Source: Octopus sinensis
Lineage: Eukaryota
Reading direction: 5' to 3'
DNA length: 24,353 nt
Assembly (NCBI RefSeq): GCF_006345805.1
Contig: NW_021836385.1
Span: forward strand, 1-24,353
The position numbers were made by a program, and so were the translations under genes. Under the pieces are notes generated by a model, which was given only the letters and a program-made list of their open reading frames with translations, was not told the origin of the DNA and made no database searches. Below, one piece after another: positions 22,432-24,353 of this stretch; the first letter of the stretch is position 1, and each line of letters opens with the position of its first letter.

Positions 22432-22648
22432 AATCCTTTCTACTATGGGCACCAAGCCCGGATTTTTTGAGGGAAGGCGAAGAATCGATCACATCGACCG
22501 CAGTACTTGACTGGTACTTAATTTATCGACCCCGAAAAATGAAAGGCAAAGTCGACCTCGGCGGAATTTGAACTCAGAATGTAGCGACAGACGAAATACC
22601 GCTGAGCATTTCGCCCGGCGTGCTGACGAACCTGCTAGCTCGTTGCCT
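22432..22648 (-). mobile_element. SINE-B monomer with standard tail, (AAT)n on both sides
   Basis: aatcctttctacta...ctggtacttaatttatcgaccccg...gaactcagaat...gcatttcgcccggcgtgc. Confidence 0.85.
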
Positions 22649-22667
22649 TAATAATAATAATAATAAC

Positions 22668-22729
<62 letters not shown>

Positions 22730-22760
22730 TAATAAAAGCACTGACTCGCCACAGTATAGG

Positions 22761-23195
22761 ATGTGCTCTGAGAAAGGAGAAAGTATAAGCCATATTGTTA
22801 GTGAGCGCTGTAAGCTCGCACAACGCGAATACAAAAGGAGACACGACAATGTGACCAGATATATCCACTGGCTGTTGTGCAGTAAAGCAAACCTCGAGAG
22901 AGTCGAACAATGGTATGAACAGAAGCTGGGATTTTAACATGCAGTGCAACCAGTGGCTGTGTGGTAAGTAGCTTGCTAACCAGCCACATGGTTCCGGGTT
23001 CAGTCCCACTGCGTGGCACCTTGGATAAGTGTCTTCGGCTATAGCCCCGGGCCGACCAATGCCTTGTGAGTGGATTTGGTAGACGGAAACTGAAAGAGCC
23101 TGTCGTATATATGTAATATATAATATATATATATATATATATATTATATACGACAGGCTTCTTTGTATATATATGTATATATAATATATATTATA

Positions 23196-23239
<44 letters not shown>

Positions 23240-23628
23240 ATATATAATATATATATATATATATATTATATAATATATACTACGACAGGCTTCTTTCAGT
23301 TTCCGTCTACCAAATCCACTCACAAGGCATTGGTCGGCCCGGGGCTATAGCAGAAGACACTTATCCAAGGTGCCACGCAGTGGGACTGAACCCGGAACCA
23401 TGTGGCTGGTTAGCAAGCTACTTACCACACAGCCACTGGTTGCACTGCATGTTAAAATCCCAGCTTCTGTTCATACCATTGTTCGACTCTCTCGAGGTTT
23501 GCTTTACTGCACAACAGCCAGTGGACATATCTGGTCAAATTGTCATGTCTCCTTTTGTATTCGCGTTGTGCGAGCTTACAGCGCTCACTAACAATATGGC
23601 TTATACTTTCTCCTTTCTCAGAGCACAT
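22761..23628. repeat. Inverted duplication with 347/348-bp arms (22761-23107 / 23281-23628) and an (AT)n spacer
   Basis: Reverse-complement alignment by eye gives 4 substitutions and 1 single-base indel. Confidence 0.95.
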
Positions 23629-23857
23629 GTGTGTATGTGTTTGTGTGTCTGTGTTTGTCCCCCTAGCATTGCTTGACAACCGATGCTGGTGTGTTTACGC
23701 CCCCGTCACTTAGCGGTTCGGCAAAAAGAGACCGATAGAATAAGTACTGGGCTTACAAAGAATAAGTCCTGGGGTCAATTTGCTCGACTAAAGGCGGTGC
23801 TCCAGCATGGCCGCACAAATGACTGAAACAAGTAAAAGAGTAAAAGAATAAGAGTAA
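22952..23857 (+). mobile_element. SINE-A inserted in Dong fragment 3 (5' half 22952-23107, 3' half 23629-23857)
   Basis: The two halves join into a normal SINE-A when 23108-23628 is collapsed to a microsatellite. Possible short TSD AGTGCAA/AGTGTAA (22943-22949, 23858-23864). Confidence 0.85.
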
Positions 23858-24353
23858 AGTGTAAGTCATAGAGGCGAGACGGCCAGATATCGTGATCATC
23901 CATAATGATGAAAAAAAAGTAAAGATAATAGACGTTGCAATACCAGGCGATTCAAGGGTGAAACAGAAAAGGAAACAGAAAAGACTGAGAAATACCAACC
24001 ACTGCGGGACGCGATAGGAAACTTATGGGGCATGAGGAAAGTAATGGTGATACTGGTGGTAACTGGAACATTAGGAGCAGTTTCCAACGACTTTGAAAAA
24101 CATATTAAGATTATTGGAGCTGCTGTCATGCTCGAGGTGATCCAGAAGACAGCCTTGTTGGGTACGGCTGGCATTCTAAGAAGAGTATTGTCTCTTTGAG
24201 TCACAGGAGAAGGCACTACTTGGAACCTTAAATGATTTGTTATTGCCCGCAACCGGTCTTTCAGAGCAACCGGTCTTTCAGAATAACATGATAATAATAA
24301 TAATAATAATGATGATGATGATGATGATAATAATAATAATAATAATGATGATG

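Larger units (their letters stand above)
22734..24290 (+). mobile_element. Dong/R4-type non-LTR retrotransposon (fragment 3), interrupted by SINE-A and an inverted duplication, flanked by (AAT)n
   Basis: 5' part: RMCSEKGESISHIVSERCKLAQREYKRRHDNV..WYEQ..WDFNMQC. 3' part from ~23865: VIEARRPDIVII..IIDVAIPGD..EKYQPL..IQKTALLGTAGILRRVLSL*. (AAT)n at 22650-22733 and 24290 to the window end. Confidence 0.9.

Noticed and set aside
24249-24282. 17-bp tandem duplication GCAACCGGTCTTTCAGA in the Dong 3'UTR
   Set aside because: It is real, but most simply a local slippage event with no sign of function.

Overview
Eukaryotic, AT-rich, repeat-saturated non-coding DNA. The SINE and microsatellite landscape suggests an Octopus genome, which is an inference. 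No intact host gene is recognisable, and most ORF-track entries are microsatellite translations or antisense shadows of transposon ORFs. Retroelements: about 22 copies or fragments of three tRNA-headed SINE families (here A, B, C); a TSD-bounded 5'-truncated RTE LINE; three Dong/R4-type (RLE) fragments, each embedded in (TAA)n; and two tandem 5'-truncated Tx1/L1-type elements fused to (TCTA)n at both ends. DNA elements: a mariner remnant, a palindromic mariner-derived MITE and a non-autonomous Helitron. Best leads: (1) a candidate (TCTA/GATA)n-targeting Tx1 family, with conserved 3'UTR hairpins, a possible ~100-nt target duplication and an A/G-skewed difference spectrum between its copies; (2) two fold-back inverted duplications centred on the internal microsatellite of SINE-A, one with an aborted template-switch scar; (3) SINE-B moving as TSD-bounded multimers of a hairpin-rich ~184-nt unit. 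All coordinates and alignments were read by eye and boundaries may be off by a few nt.
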